Source of the DNA: a virus
Lineage: Duplodnaviria; Caudoviricetes
IMG/VR virus record: IMGVR_UViG_2816332268_000002
Span: 1 to 64,000 of that record
Direction: 5' to 3' (one strand)
Length of the DNA: 64,000 bases
Position 1 is the first letter of the stretch; each line of letters begins with the position of its first letter. Made by a program: the position numbers and the translations under genes. The notes beneath the pieces are model-generated. The model saw nothing but the letters and a program-made list of their open reading frames with translations, searched no databases and was not told where the DNA came from. Positions 1 to 9,146 of the stretch are shown here, piece after piece.

Positions 1-334
1 TTACGTCGGCGCGAAAGTAACTTGTCCAGCTTGCAAGCAGCTTGGTGTCATCGTTGCGGAAGGGCCGCGGTGGCCTGGCGAAATAATGGGCCGCCAAGCA
101 GCTCTTGAAGGCGACAGAGTAGCTTGTGGATGCAATCCGCATCCGACAATGATCGCCTCGCAAGACACCATGTATGAGAGCTTTGAGTCGAACCAACTTC
201 TCGGCATGGGCTTCGCTGCTGACGGCGGGCGCATGGTGCTTGATTCTGGCATGCCGCAGCCTTCGCAGGGCTTCTGTCTTTCCTGCATGCTTGCTGCCGC
301 TAAGAATGCAGCCTCAATGGTTGTTCGCGGGTGA
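1..334 (+). CDS. PAAR-domain T6SS spike protein with C-terminal extension (5' truncated by window edge)
   Basis: Frame 2 is open from base 2: YVGAKVTCPACKQLGVI...GRQAALEGDRVACGC (PAAR Cys pattern); tail FCLSCMLAAAK. Confidence 0.85.
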   Translation, partial: YVGAKVTCPACKQLGVIVAEGPRWPGEIMGRQAALEGDRVACGCNPHPTMIASQDTMYESFESNQLLGMGFAADGGRMVLDSGMPQPSQGFCLSCMLAAAKNAASMVVRG

Positions 335-340
335 GACGCC

Positions 341-838
341 GTGAGCATTGAGGTCATTTTCACTTCATGGAAGGAACGCGCCAGCCTTCCGCTCCGCCTA
401 TTTGCGCTTGTCGATGGGTTGCTGTTTTCCGAGTTGAGCGGTTCGGCGCCCACGCGCTCATCCGATTTTGCGATGGCACTGCTTGATGGCACTCCGGACG
501 CGTCGCTCGCTGACGCCGGCCCCTGGCTGTTCGACTTCGAGCGATCCGATCGAGGCACGCGGGATGCACTTGAGCAGTTGGCGCAAAGCGAGTATGGGGT
601 CAGCTGGATCATCAGCGCTTACCATCCGGTGCAGCTTGCCTCCGAACTCCGTGAGCGGTTGGATGGCACGCTGCCCGATGGCCGTTCGGTAATGCTGCGT
701 TACTACGATGCTCGCGTGATGCGACATTTCGTGCCTGCGCTCAGTTCGACAGAGCGGACGATGTTCTTTTCCCCAACGTTCGATTGGCTGCTCGAGATCG
801 ACGGACAGCTATTCAGGGCGCATCCTCATGCCGCTTAA
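341..838 (+). CDS. DUF4123 T6SS effector adaptor/chaperone (TecT-like)
   Basis: LFALVDG...GPWL...LPDGRSVMLRYYDARV motifs typical of DUF4123; follows PAAR. Confidence 0.85.
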   Translation: MSIEVIFTSWKERASLPLRLFALVDGLLFSELSGSAPTRSSDFAMALLDGTPDASLADAGPWLFDFERSDRGTRDALEQLAQSEYGVSWIISAYHPVQLASELRERLDGTLPDGRSVMLRYYDARVMRHFVPALSSTERTMFFSPTFDWLLEIDGQLFRAHPHAA

Positions 839-1298
839 TCTCACACCAGCACATCTGTCTGCGCTCGCGGAGGGCGAGGCCCGCAACTTCGTCGACGGCG
901 TGCGACGCGACTTGTTAAAAGCCGATCCTGCATTGGGGCAGGACATCGACCTTCACAATCGACTGTGGGAAGCGTATCGGGCCGCCCGCGCGCTCGGCAT
1001 TCAGGACAGTGAGCACCTTGTCCAATTCCTCAAAATCGAGGCTTACTCGCCTGGCTTCTATGCGAAGCCCGCGACGCGTGCATGGCTGACCAAACCCGGC
1101 CGCAGTGCCGACGAGCGCTTCCACGTCTACGTCCAAGAAGTTACTTGGCGATCCAAACATCCAGACAGTCTGAAAGGAGTTCCGCATGGCAGTTCCATTA
1201 ATCCCGGTGCTGGCGGCGGCAGCGACAGAGGTGGGTCCGGTATTGTCAGCTATTGGCGGCGCCTTGTTGGGCGGAGCGACAGTAGCGGGCGTGGCTAG
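828..1298 (+). CDS. Putative co-chaperone (co-TecT position)
   Basis: Overlaps DUF4123 stop and lies between adaptor and effector, as in P. aeruginosa PA3904-PA3908; assignment by synteny. Confidence 0.55.
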   Translation: MPLNLTPAHLSALAEGEARNFVDGVRRDLLKADPALGQDIDLHNRLWEAYRAARALGIQDSEHLVQFLKIEAYSPGFYAKPATRAWLTKPGRSADERFHVYVQEVTWRSKHPDSLKGVPHGSSINPGAGGGSDRGGSGIVSYWRRLVGRSDSSGRG

Positions 1299-1791
1299 TA
1301 TCTCGGGTAGCACGGCACAGAAGAAGGAAGATGCACAAGCCGAGTCCAGAACAATCTCCGACTCGACCAAGCCGTGCAAGAAGTGCCCGCCTGAAAATTC
1401 CGGAAGAAAGGTTCGAAACAATCACGGGGTGAATTGGCCAGCTTATCGGTATCAGGCCCGAGTGACCGGCTTCGCCTACGACACCGAAGGTTGTCAGTGG
1501 AGCGAGGAGTGGGAATGGCTAGGAATTGACTTCGACGGCTTCAGGGCGGAAGAGTGTCTGCTGCAGGAAGCAAAGGGAAACTACGATCAGTTTCTGGACG
1601 GGTCAATCCCCGGCTCGGATGAATTTTTCAAGGGTTTCCCCAAGATGATGAAGACCGTTGTGAGGCGCGCTGGCCCAGTGAAGGCGAACCCACCAACGAG
1701 ACTGCGGTATTATTTTCAGGGGCGCTTGACGTATCAGAAAATGGCCAGCCTACTGAAGAAGCTTAATATTGAATCGGAATATTTCCCGTAA
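1186..1791 (+). CDS. Tox-REase-5 nuclease effector (TseT-like)
   Basis: YQARVTG...FDGF..EECLLQEAKGNY PD-(D/E)xK core; hydrophobic N-terminus; CxxC. Confidence 0.85.
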   Translation: MAVPLIPVLAAAATEVGPVLSAIGGALLGGATVAGVASISGSTAQKKEDAQAESRTISDSTKPCKKCPPENSGRKVRNNHGVNWPAYRYQARVTGFAYDTEGCQWSEEWEWLGIDFDGFRAEECLLQEAKGNYDQFLDGSIPGSDEFFKGFPKMMKTVVRRAGPVKANPPTRLRYYFQGRLTYQKMASLLKKLNIESEYFP

Positions 1792-1800
1792 GCATCCGTC

Positions 1801-2523
1801 ATGAAAATCGAGTGCACTATCAAGAGCGGTGGAATCCCACCGGCGGACTTCGTCCAGACCTTGAACAAGATCGGCGCGGTCATTGACGTTATTGCGGAGG
1901 GCGAGCCTGCGCTGTCCCGGCAAAATTGGCGTATGCAGGGAGATTCGCTCGAAGAAGCGCAAAGCAGTGAGGTCTACCAAGCGGACGGCGTCCCGAGTCC
2001 GTCCGCGATCGAAGAGCTACGGAACGAGCTCGGTGGTGACACGGTGGCGTCCTTCGGGATATGGGGCGGCCAAGTTAGGGCGGAATTCGGCGCGTCGGTT
2101 GAAGTTCTCGCCTGTGGCGGAGAATTCCCCGACACCGTCACGATCAGCGCTCGAGGCGCGTTCGTTGATGAGAGCAAAGACCGTGTCGCAGCTATCGTGG
2201 CGCGGGCAGCGCTTGAGTTCGCGCCAGCGGTAATCTCGGCAGCGCCGAAAGGCTACGAAGAGAAGCAGGCGTTTGACGACCGCCCCGGCGTCGGCTGGAT
2301 GCTGTATCTGCCCGTCGATGTCACCGTCCAACAAGTCCCGGAGGCGCAGGAGCTCATCCCTGTTCTCGCGGCCGACGGAAAGAAGCGGCTCGGAACCATC
2401 ATCGTCAGCATCAAGGACGAGCCATTCTCGGTCGACAACGAGGAGCACTTGGTTGTCGCGCACAACATCGAAGTGCGGCTTATTTCGATGGATCTGCTGC
2501 CTTTGCTTGGTGAGATTGGCTGA
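1801..2523 (+). CDS. Imm52-family immunity protein (TsiT-like)
   Basis: FDDRPGVGWMLYLP...GTIIVS...IEVRL..DLLP C-terminal signature; directly downstream of toxin. Confidence 0.8.
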   Translation: MKIECTIKSGGIPPADFVQTLNKIGAVIDVIAEGEPALSRQNWRMQGDSLEEAQSSEVYQADGVPSPSAIEELRNELGGDTVASFGIWGGQVRAEFGASVEVLACGGEFPDTVTISARGAFVDESKDRVAAIVARAALEFAPAVISAAPKGYEEKQAFDDRPGVGWMLYLPVDVTVQQVPEAQELIPVLAADGKKRLGTIIVSIKDEPFSVDNEEHLVVAHNIEVRLISMDLLPLLGEIG

Positions 2524-3217
2524 CATCTTGCGCTTTTTCTGCGATTGCCCACGCCGCATCGGCGTGGAGTTCGTCGGCTGGCAGCAATGAGAAGAACGAC
2601 CTGGCCTGCTCAGGGTCACGGCACATGAGCCACTCGTCGAACTGGCTTTCGCGAATGATGACAACCGAGCGCTTCTCTTCAGGGGCGCCAGTCTTCTTGT
2701 CGAAGTTGCGATGGAACAGCCGTAGCAAAGGGTGGTCGTCACAGTTCACGGTCAACATCGTCATGCCGTAAGTGACGCCGCCATCTTTGGTGGGCCATGC
2801 TTTCCACAGGCCGGCGATGCACGCCGGCTCGCCCGACGCCAAGCTGATATTCCACCACTCGAAGCTGGAATCGTCCGCGGTGTATCGCGGCTCCGTGAAG
2901 TAGTCCGCTGGGATCAAACACAGGCGCCCGGCTTTCCACGATTGCGAAAAGTTGGGCTTCGATCCGACAGTTTCCGTGCGTGCGTTGAACGTTGCCAGCG
3001 ACTTGCGTCCTTCAGGCAGGTAGTCGCGCGGTGTGATCCCGAAGTTCGCGAGCTCCATCCGGCGCCGGCCTTCATGGTCGAACACGATCGGTCCTTTCAT
3101 GTGCGGCCGCAGGTTAGTCGTTGGTGTGTCGATGGGGAATAGGTCGTTCTCATGCGACAGAATTCCGAAGCGGTCGCGGATCCAGCGATACTTTGTAGGC
3201 TTGTAGTTCGCACACAC
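2480..3217 (-). CDS. SOS response-associated peptidase (SRAP/YedK, abasic-site protection)
   Basis: N-terminal MC, FNARTETV, CLIPADYFTEP, AGLW, EKRSVVI motifs. Confidence 0.9.
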   Translation of the reverse strand: MCANYKPTKYRWIRDRFGILSHENDLFPIDTPTTNLRPHMKGPIVFDHEGRRRMELANFGITPRDYLPEGRKSLATFNARTETVGSKPNFSQSWKAGRLCLIPADYFTEPRYTADDSSFEWWNISLASGEPACIAGLWKAWPTKDGGVTYGMTMLTVNCDDHPLLRLFHRNFDKKTGAPEEKRSVVIIRESQFDEWLMCRDPEQARSFFSLLPADELHADAAWAIAEKAQDVSQSHQAKAADPSK

Positions 3218-3277
3218 TCTTCCCTTCCTCCACGCGCCAAAGCGGTCTTCTTCAGCCAGCCTTCAAGACGGATTGGG

Positions 3278-3640
3278 TCATACGTCAGTGTCGGGATAGG
3301 GTTCAGGCTCCGGAAGAAAGGAGATCTGCTCCAACGGCATGACCAGGGTGCGCAGCCAATCGTCCAACGCGGTGCACACGTCTTCGTAGGCGCTTTCGAA
3401 GCCCGAGCCGGTCGGCTCTCCCGGGGCATCAGGGAACAGGTAGCGTCCTCTCTCGACCATATCATCGTCGACGAATCCGTATGTGCCGAGGCGGAGGGCG
3501 GTCTTCTCGAACACTTCGTCATAGCTGTTCACTTCACACGAAATCAGGTTGACCGACATGTTGTCGACAATCTGGAATTTCGAGTATGCGATGCACCAGT
3601 CGATGAACGCCCGTTGCACCACTGTCCTCGGTTTCGGCAT
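3278..3640 (-). CDS. Hypothetical acidic protein co-oriented upstream of SRAP
   Basis: ATG at 3640 preceded by AGGAGG RBS. Confidence 0.65.
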   Translation of the reverse strand: MPKPRTVVQRAFIDWCIAYSKFQIVDNMSVNLISCEVNSYDEVFEKTALRLGTYGFVDDDMVERGRYLFPDAPGEPTGSGFESAYEDVCTALDDWLRTLVMPLEQISFLPEPEPYPDTDV

Positions 3641-3726
3641 GTTGCCTCCTGTCCGATGGGGTCGTCCGAGGCGCTGAGAAACGGCCAAACGGCGCCGGCT
3701 GTCCAACCATCATAGTGCATGATATG

Positions 3727-3742
3727 CTGTATATCCATACAG
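3727..3742. promoter_or_regulatory. LexA (SOS) box
   Basis: CTGTATATCCATACAG fits CTGT-N8-ACAG; lies between divergent genes. Confidence 0.85.
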
Positions 3743-3758
3743 TATTTGATCTGCGGTC

Positions 3759-4196
3759 ATGCCTAATTGGGGATACATCTGGGAGTTCATCGGCGACGAT
3801 GGAAAGCCCGTGCATACCAGCCAGCTGCTGACCGAGAAGGAGGTTGTCGACTGGCACGGTTACGGGCGCAAGGGCTTTCGTAGGCTGGAAAAGACGCGGC
3901 GCGACCGGGACGCGATTGACAGGGCGAATGCGGCTCGCCAAAACAAGAAGCTGCCCGTCATGGACGCGGTGACTCATCGCCAGCTCCGCGAATTGTGGCG
4001 CCGGTATCGTGGAAACACCGACATCGAGCGCCTGATTGTGGAGCTCATTCGGACACGGCGCTCGATACGTGAAATGGAGCATCTTCGCGAAATCGTGCAG
4101 TCCTGCTGGAACGAGGTATCCAACGGATCTCACTTGGTTGCCCTTCACAAGCTCCGATGCCTGTTGCAGGACGAGGCACGACGCGGTGAAGAGTAG
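3759..4196 (+). CDS. Hypothetical phage protein, probably SOS-regulated
   Basis: 145-aa ORF starting 17 bp after the SOS box. Confidence 0.65.
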   Translation: MPNWGYIWEFIGDDGKPVHTSQLLTEKEVVDWHGYGRKGFRRLEKTRRDRDAIDRANAARQNKKLPVMDAVTHRQLRELWRRYRGNTDIERLIVELIRTRRSIREMEHLREIVQSCWNEVSNGSHLVALHKLRCLLQDEARRGEE

Positions 4197-4435
4197 GTCG
4201 CGCCATTCATTAAGTGCTATCGCGCGTGTGCGCATTCTCAATCAGCAAAACACAGCCTACCGCGCAGGATTCGCGCCAATACCCGCTCTCTAGACTTGTC
4301 TCTGTCGTAGCGAACAGCGCGACGAAGACCGGGCAGAGAAAGCATCCTGCGCTGCGCATTACGCGCCTCTACCCGATCAGCACAATTGAACCATGACGCG
4401 AGCGCGTCACCAATTTACTGACTCAGGAGAGCACC

Positions 4436-5515
4436 ATGCAAGCCACCCGCACCCGCCGTTCGAGCAAGAAGGCCACCCAGCAATCGATCCAACTCGACAT
4501 GCTGGGCTCGGTCGACGCTGCGATGGATCCGCAACTCGCCGAACTGCTGACGGCACTCGACGTCAACAACATCGCCAGTCCGAGCGCAGCGCTCGTAGAA
4601 GAAGCTGCCGAGCCGGTGGTCGAGCAAATCGAGGAGGTGCCGGCGCTGGTCGCCGACGCGGGCGAAGTCATCGAACTCCCGGAGACGGCCACCACGCAGA
4701 CCCAGGCGGACGCCGAGCTGGGCGCGCTGCTCGCGGCGATCGAGACGCCGGTCGCGGTTCAGAACGCCGCAATCCCGCTCGCGGAGATCGTCGCTCAGGT
4801 CGAGACGCAGGAGCACTACGCGATGGTCGCGCCCGATGCGCCGTCGCTGCCCGCGATGACGGACGAAGAGGCCGCTAAGGAGCGCCTGGTCGCTGAGGAA
4901 GCGCTGGCAGATGACCTGAAGGCGCAGGTCGCCGAGAACACCGCTGATCCCGAAGCGGCCGCAGCGAAGCGGGAACGCACCCCCCGCGTCCACTACGCGA
5001 ACAAGCTCGATAGGATCAAGGCCCGGCACGGCGACAACCTCGGGAACTATCTCGTGCTGGAAGTGGCCGATGCCGAGCTCGAGGGCGACGCTCTCAAGGC
5101 GAAGCAGGACGAGACGCTGGCGATCATCGACGGCATGGGCATGAAGGTGAAGAACCGCGCGTCGCTCCTGATCGATTGGGTGTCGGGCAAGGCGGCGAAG
5201 CCGAACGAAATCCTGAAGCGAGCGCTCGACGTGCTGGTGGCAGACGGCAAGATCACCACCGGTGAGAACGGTAACCTCCACAAGAACCTGATCGCCAAGC
5301 CGTATTCGGTCAGCGCGGCGCGTTCGATGGGCCGGAACACGGTCACGCTCATGGAGAAGCTGAAGATGCTCGTGCCGTCGGGTGAGAAGGGCACGTTCGT
5401 GCCGAATCAGGAATCGCTGCTTTTGATGGCGGCGCTCGCGAAGCACGGCGGCTCGGGCGCCGCGCCGGAAGCTGCAGCCGCAGAGCCGGCCGCCGAATCG
5501 ACTTCGGCGGAGTAA
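4436..5515 (+). CDS. Phage early protein with acidic Ala/Glu-rich N-terminus and putative winged-helix C-terminus
   Basis: AGGAG RBS, strong codon bias, downstream hairpin at 5523-5546. Confidence 0.75.
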   Translation: MQATRTRRSSKKATQQSIQLDMLGSVDAAMDPQLAELLTALDVNNIASPSAALVEEAAEPVVEQIEEVPALVADAGEVIELPETATTQTQADAELGALLAAIETPVAVQNAAIPLAEIVAQVETQEHYAMVAPDAPSLPAMTDEEAAKERLVAEEALADDLKAQVAENTADPEAAAAKRERTPRVHYANKLDRIKARHGDNLGNYLVLEVADAELEGDALKAKQDETLAIIDGMGMKVKNRASLLIDWVSGKAAKPNEILKRALDVLVADGKITTGENGNLHKNLIAKPYSVSAARSMGRNTVTLMEKLKMLVPSGEKGTFVPNQESLLLMAALAKHGGSGAAPEAAAAEPAAESTSAE

Positions 5516-5746
5516 GTAAGCGACAGGTGGGATGTGGCCCACCTGTTCCTCACAGACCAGAAGCCATGGCTGGCTGCGCCGCGGGCATGCCACCAGCCCG
5601 AATTCATCCCATACCTGTCTACCTTCCCGACGAGTTAGCCCGTCTCCAGCGCTAATCCACGCGCGTCTCTGCGATCCAAGTGCGCAACTTCTTGCGCGAT
5701 GCCCGCAAAAACTTGCGGAAAGTCCATCGCACCTTACTACAATGGA

Positions 5747-5764
5747 TACATCAGCGATGACTTA
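5747..5764. promoter_or_regulatory. Phage operator palindrome
   Basis: TACATCA-GCGA-TGACTTA upstream of the operon starting at 5822. Confidence 0.65.
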
Positions 5765-5821
5765 TTGACGCCGCGTGCGCGTTACGACAATTCATTCATC
5801 GCAACACAACACCAAATCGAA

Positions 5822-6472
5822 ATGACCACGACCGATTACACGGGCCATGCCCAGGCTATTGCCGAAGCACTCGGTGGGATCGCGACGCTCCAGAACCCAG
5901 AGTATGCGAACAACCACTTTTACATCGCCATGCCGGAGCGTGATACCGACGCCCAGATTCTGCTTCGCTTTTCGCCGTATCGTGCAAAGAACCGGCTTGT
6001 CGTAACTCCGTCGTTCAATCTGCTTGGCGAAAGCCGTCGCGGCAGCACTGCCGGCGTCAACAACCTTCGACCGGTTCAGTTCGAGCAGATCGGCTACGTG
6101 TCCGAAATTACGCTCGCAATCACCAAGACGCCGGCGCAGCTGGCGGCCGATATCGAGCGCCGCCTGCTGCCCGGATATCTGAAGGCGCTCGGGCTCGTTC
6201 GTGTCGAACTGAAGAGCGAGGCCGACGAAGAGGCTCAGCGCGACGCCGCGATGCAAAAGTTTGCGGGCATCGTCGGTGAGTGCTGGACGCCCGACAGTCG
6301 CGATAACAGGCGACTCCATGTGCATCGCACGAACACGCCGGCCGGCTACTCCGCGACCCTCGAGCTCCATACGAGTCAAGAGTGCAGCCTCGAGATTCGC
6401 TGGGTCAGCGCTGAACTCGCCGAAAAGATCCTCACGATGCTCGCGGAGCATGGCGAGGCAGAACGAGCATGA
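5822..6472 (+). CDS. Hypothetical phage protein, first gene of small-ORF early operon
   Basis: ATG after operator; stop overlaps next start (ATGA). Confidence 0.7.
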   Translation: MTTTDYTGHAQAIAEALGGIATLQNPEYANNHFYIAMPERDTDAQILLRFSPYRAKNRLVVTPSFNLLGESRRGSTAGVNNLRPVQFEQIGYVSEITLAITKTPAQLAADIERRLLPGYLKALGLVRVELKSEADEEAQRDAAMQKFAGIVGECWTPDSRDNRRLHVHRTNTPAGYSATLELHTSQECSLEIRWVSAELAEKILTMLAEHGEAERA

Positions 6473-6750
6473 GCGAGTTGACCAAAGAAGCGCTTGAGCG
6501 CCAACAAGAGATTCTCGCGGACATCGCATTCGAGGCAGGCAATCGCTGGGCTCGGGCCGATTCGAGAGCGTGCGGAAAGGTGATCGACGCATTGAACGGA
6601 TCGCGCGGCCTGATGGACGAGTTCATCGATTGGGCGAACGAATTCGACCTGTTGTGGGAGGCGGGCGAACTGGATCAGGAGGACTATATCGGCGAGCTTT
6701 GCCGGTTCGCCGACCGCAAACTGACCGAACTGTTCCGGGACTACGCATGA
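6469..6750 (+). CDS. Small acidic hypothetical protein
   Basis: ATGA coupling at both ends. Confidence 0.7.
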   Translation: MSELTKEALERQQEILADIAFEAGNRWARADSRACGKVIDALNGSRGLMDEFIDWANEFDLLWEAGELDQEDYIGELCRFADRKLTELFRDYA

Positions 6751-6986
6751 AGAAGCTCAATGAACCGATGCGGATCGTAGCGAGCAACGCCTGGGGCAGA
6801 GACACGGCCGCGCTTCATCAAGAGTTCGAGGTGGAGGTGTGCGACATCGGCATTCTGCTGCCGCACTACCTCGGACACAACCATCGCGGCTATGTGTTCG
6901 GGCTCGCGGACGTCGGCCGCGTGATCGTGAACATGACCGACGGCACTGGCTGGTCCTGCTGGGCGTTCAAGCCAGGTGCCGCATGA
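6747..6986 (+). CDS. Hypothetical protein
   Basis: MKKLNEP start; ATGA coupling. Confidence 0.65.
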   Translation: MKKLNEPMRIVASNAWGRDTAALHQEFEVEVCDIGILLPHYLGHNHRGYVFGLADVGRVIVNMTDGTGWSCWAFKPGAA

Positions 6987-7228
6987 GCGGTTCACTCCGT
7001 ATGAGCCAGCGCCCACTCGCGGCAGCGGGCTTCAAGAGCTATCGCTGCAAGGGCAGATTCGGCTGGATCATGATCGGCGCCAGCAACGTCGACGATGCCA
7101 TGCGAGAAGCGCGCCGCAGCTGCCCGGAGGCGAAGGTCATCGACCTCGAGGAGTGGAACGGAGAGCGCTACGTGCCCGTTTCGTTCGCAGACGTCCTGAA
7201 GAGCGCCATCGTGCGGTCGGGACAATAG
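6983..7228 (+). CDS. Hypothetical protein
   Basis: ATGA coupling; SYRCKGRFGWIMIGA. Confidence 0.65.
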   Translation: MSGSLRMSQRPLAAAGFKSYRCKGRFGWIMIGASNVDDAMREARRSCPEAKVIDLEEWNGERYVPVSFADVLKSAIVRSGQ

Positions 7229-7258
7229 ACATATCGAAACACAACGCGGGATATACCG

Positions 7259-7669
7259 ATGAAAGCAGCAGTCACTAAGATCCGCCTGCGCCGCGCTGAA
7301 GGAGGCGCGTCCTACCGCTGGGTCGAAGTCGGCTCGTGGGCTGACGCTAATTCACAACTGTGGACGTGGTCGAACACGGCGCCCAAAGGTGGCGCCTGCG
7401 ACAAGTGCGACTTCGAAGTGGAATGGGAGCACGGCGGGCAGTATCACGGCCGCTACGATCTGAAGCATTGGAACGACGAGAGTCCGGACCTGGCCGCACA
7501 CGTTTGCAGCAACGCCTACTTCTATACGGCGCGCCGTCAACCTTCGCACATGACGAACGCCGGCTATGCCGCTTTCCTTGCAGGCCACCAGTCCATTTGC
7601 GAGGACTACGAGCGCCTGCTGCAATGGTGCGACCTCGGCGTAGATGCGCACCCGGCGAAACTGTTCTGA
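7259..7669 (+). CDS. LPD25-like (polyvalent-protein-associated) domain protein
   Basis: GGACDKCDFEVEWEHGGQYHGRYDL resembles the recalled LPD25 YxKTDF..W.DG..Y.GR.DL pattern. Confidence 0.5.
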   Translation: MKAAVTKIRLRRAEGGASYRWVEVGSWADANSQLWTWSNTAPKGGACDKCDFEVEWEHGGQYHGRYDLKHWNDESPDLAAHVCSNAYFYTARRQPSHMTNAGYAAFLAGHQSICEDYERLLQWCDLGVDAHPAKLF

Positions 7670-7681
7670 GAGGGAGGCACA

Positions 7682-8008
7682 ATGTTCTGGATCATTACGA
7701 ACGATCATTTCGGAGACGGTCAGGTGGGCACTGGTAGATACACGACCATGGACTCGATCGTTGCCATCCGCGACACGAAGCTTCGACAGGAAGCGACGGA
7801 TCACTTTGTCGCCGAGCACCCCGAATTCAACGACGAGTTTCGACTGCTCGACGACGACCGCAATGTTTACTACACCGGCCGCTGTGTCGCGCTTGCTGAC
7901 GCCGATCAAGACGCGGCATTTGAGCCGCTCGATTGGGCAATGCCGCATGCGGGCTGCACGATCATGCAATACCGCAAGGTCTGGGCGATCGTATGGGAGG
8001 ATCTGTAA
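7682..8008 (+). CDS. Hypothetical protein
   Basis: GGAGG RBS; FRLLDDD..VYYTGR...FEPLDWAMP.AGCT. Confidence 0.7.
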   Translation: MFWIITNDHFGDGQVGTGRYTTMDSIVAIRDTKLRQEATDHFVAEHPEFNDEFRLLDDDRNVYYTGRCVALADADQDAAFEPLDWAMPHAGCTIMQYRKVWAIVWEDL

Positions 8009-8367
8009 TGCGAGTCCTCAACGCGCTGCGCGATTACCTCGCGCACTCCAAAAGCATCGCGATTCTGGAAGACGCCCAGCCTGTTGCTGACGAACTGAAG
8101 GCTGCCTATCTTGAGCTGCAGTTCGCGGACGAGAAGCTGCTCCATGCCGCGCGCAGGGCATACACCGATGACACCGACGACATCGAAATCAACGATGGCG
8201 CGGTCGTAGCACCGGCACCCGATGGCAAATGGATTCAGGCATGGGTCTGGATGCCGAACGATGATGACGCGTGCCGGGAGTGCGGCGAGGACAGCACGGG
8301 CGGAGAGGGTTACGACGGCCTCTGCGGAAACTGCGCGGATCGTGCGTTCGGCGAGAGCGAGGGCTGA
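8008..8367 (+). CDS. Hypothetical protein with C-terminal CxxC...CxxC zinc ribbon
   Basis: TAATG coupling; GGAGG RBS. Confidence 0.65.
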   Translation: MRVLNALRDYLAHSKSIAILEDAQPVADELKAAYLELQFADEKLLHAARRAYTDDTDDIEINDGAVVAPAPDGKWIQAWVWMPNDDDACRECGEDSTGGEGYDGLCGNCADRAFGESEG

Positions 8368-8368
8368 C

Positions 8369-8590
8369 ATGGCGTGTCTCACCAATTATGCGATCCAGTG
8401 TCGCGATGTCAGCAGCGGCGAGACGGGCGACTTCCTGTTCGACACCGTCCACTGGCAGCACACGGGCGAATTCAAGGCGATCTCTCCGGTGTTTAAGGGG
8501 CTTGCCGAGCTGTTCGAATGGGACGACGAGAACGGCCGGCGCCGAGGGCCGTGCTACCTCGAGCGGATCAAGGAGGGCGTATGCGACTGA
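8369..8590 (+). CDS. Hypothetical protein
   Basis: GAGG RBS; continues the operon. Confidence 0.55.
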   Translation: MACLTNYAIQCRDVSSGETGDFLFDTVHWQHTGEFKAISPVFKGLAELFEWDDENGRRRGPCYLERIKEGVCD

Positions 8591-8793
8591 GTCACTTTCC
8601 CTCGGCGCAGCCCGTTCCATTCACGATTTCGCTGACGGGCACCACTGTTGACGACTTCGGCGACGAAGTTTGGCTGCTCGGTAGCGCGCAGTGGCGTGCG
8701 GCATCCGACTATGTGGACGAGAACTTCTTCGATCGCTCGGTCGGATTCGGCGACAACGCCTATCCCGTCATGAAAGGAATCAAATGCACCTGA
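8581..8793 (+). CDS. Hypothetical protein
   Basis: AGGAGG RBS. Confidence 0.55.
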   Translation: MRLSHFPSAQPVPFTISLTGTTVDDFGDEVWLLGSAQWRAASDYVDENFFDRSVGFGDNAYPVMKGIKCT

Positions 8794-9146
8794 CCAAACG
8801 TGAGCGCCAGCTGCTCCAACATCGTATGACGGCGACGCAGCGCGTGTCGCTCGCGCACCGTTACCGTCGGTCCCCACGCAACCCGGCAGACGACGTAGAT
8901 CAGCGCGGCAAGGGGGTGTTCAAGGGCAAGTGCAATCGAACCGCATGCAACGCGCGCGGGGAAGGCATTGTCTGGTGGAACAGGTCGACGCGTGCCTACT
9001 ACTGCGAATGCTGCAAGCGCGCCATCGACGCATGGGTCGACAAGGAATATGGCCCGTGCTTCGAGAAGCATCCGCACGTCGCTGACGGAGTTCCGCGACC
9101 CTCCGGCGAAGTTATGTGCCTTCAGTCGATTGGAAGGTCAATCTGA
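8784..9146 (+). CDS. Cys-rich hypothetical protein
   Basis: AAGGA RBS; KG...G.CNRTAC...YYC..C. Confidence 0.6.
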   Translation: MHLTKRERQLLQHRMTATQRVSLAHRYRRSPRNPADDVDQRGKGVFKGKCNRTACNARGEGIVWWNRSTRAYYCECCKRAIDAWVDKEYGPCFEKHPHVADGVPRPSGEVMCLQSIGRSI

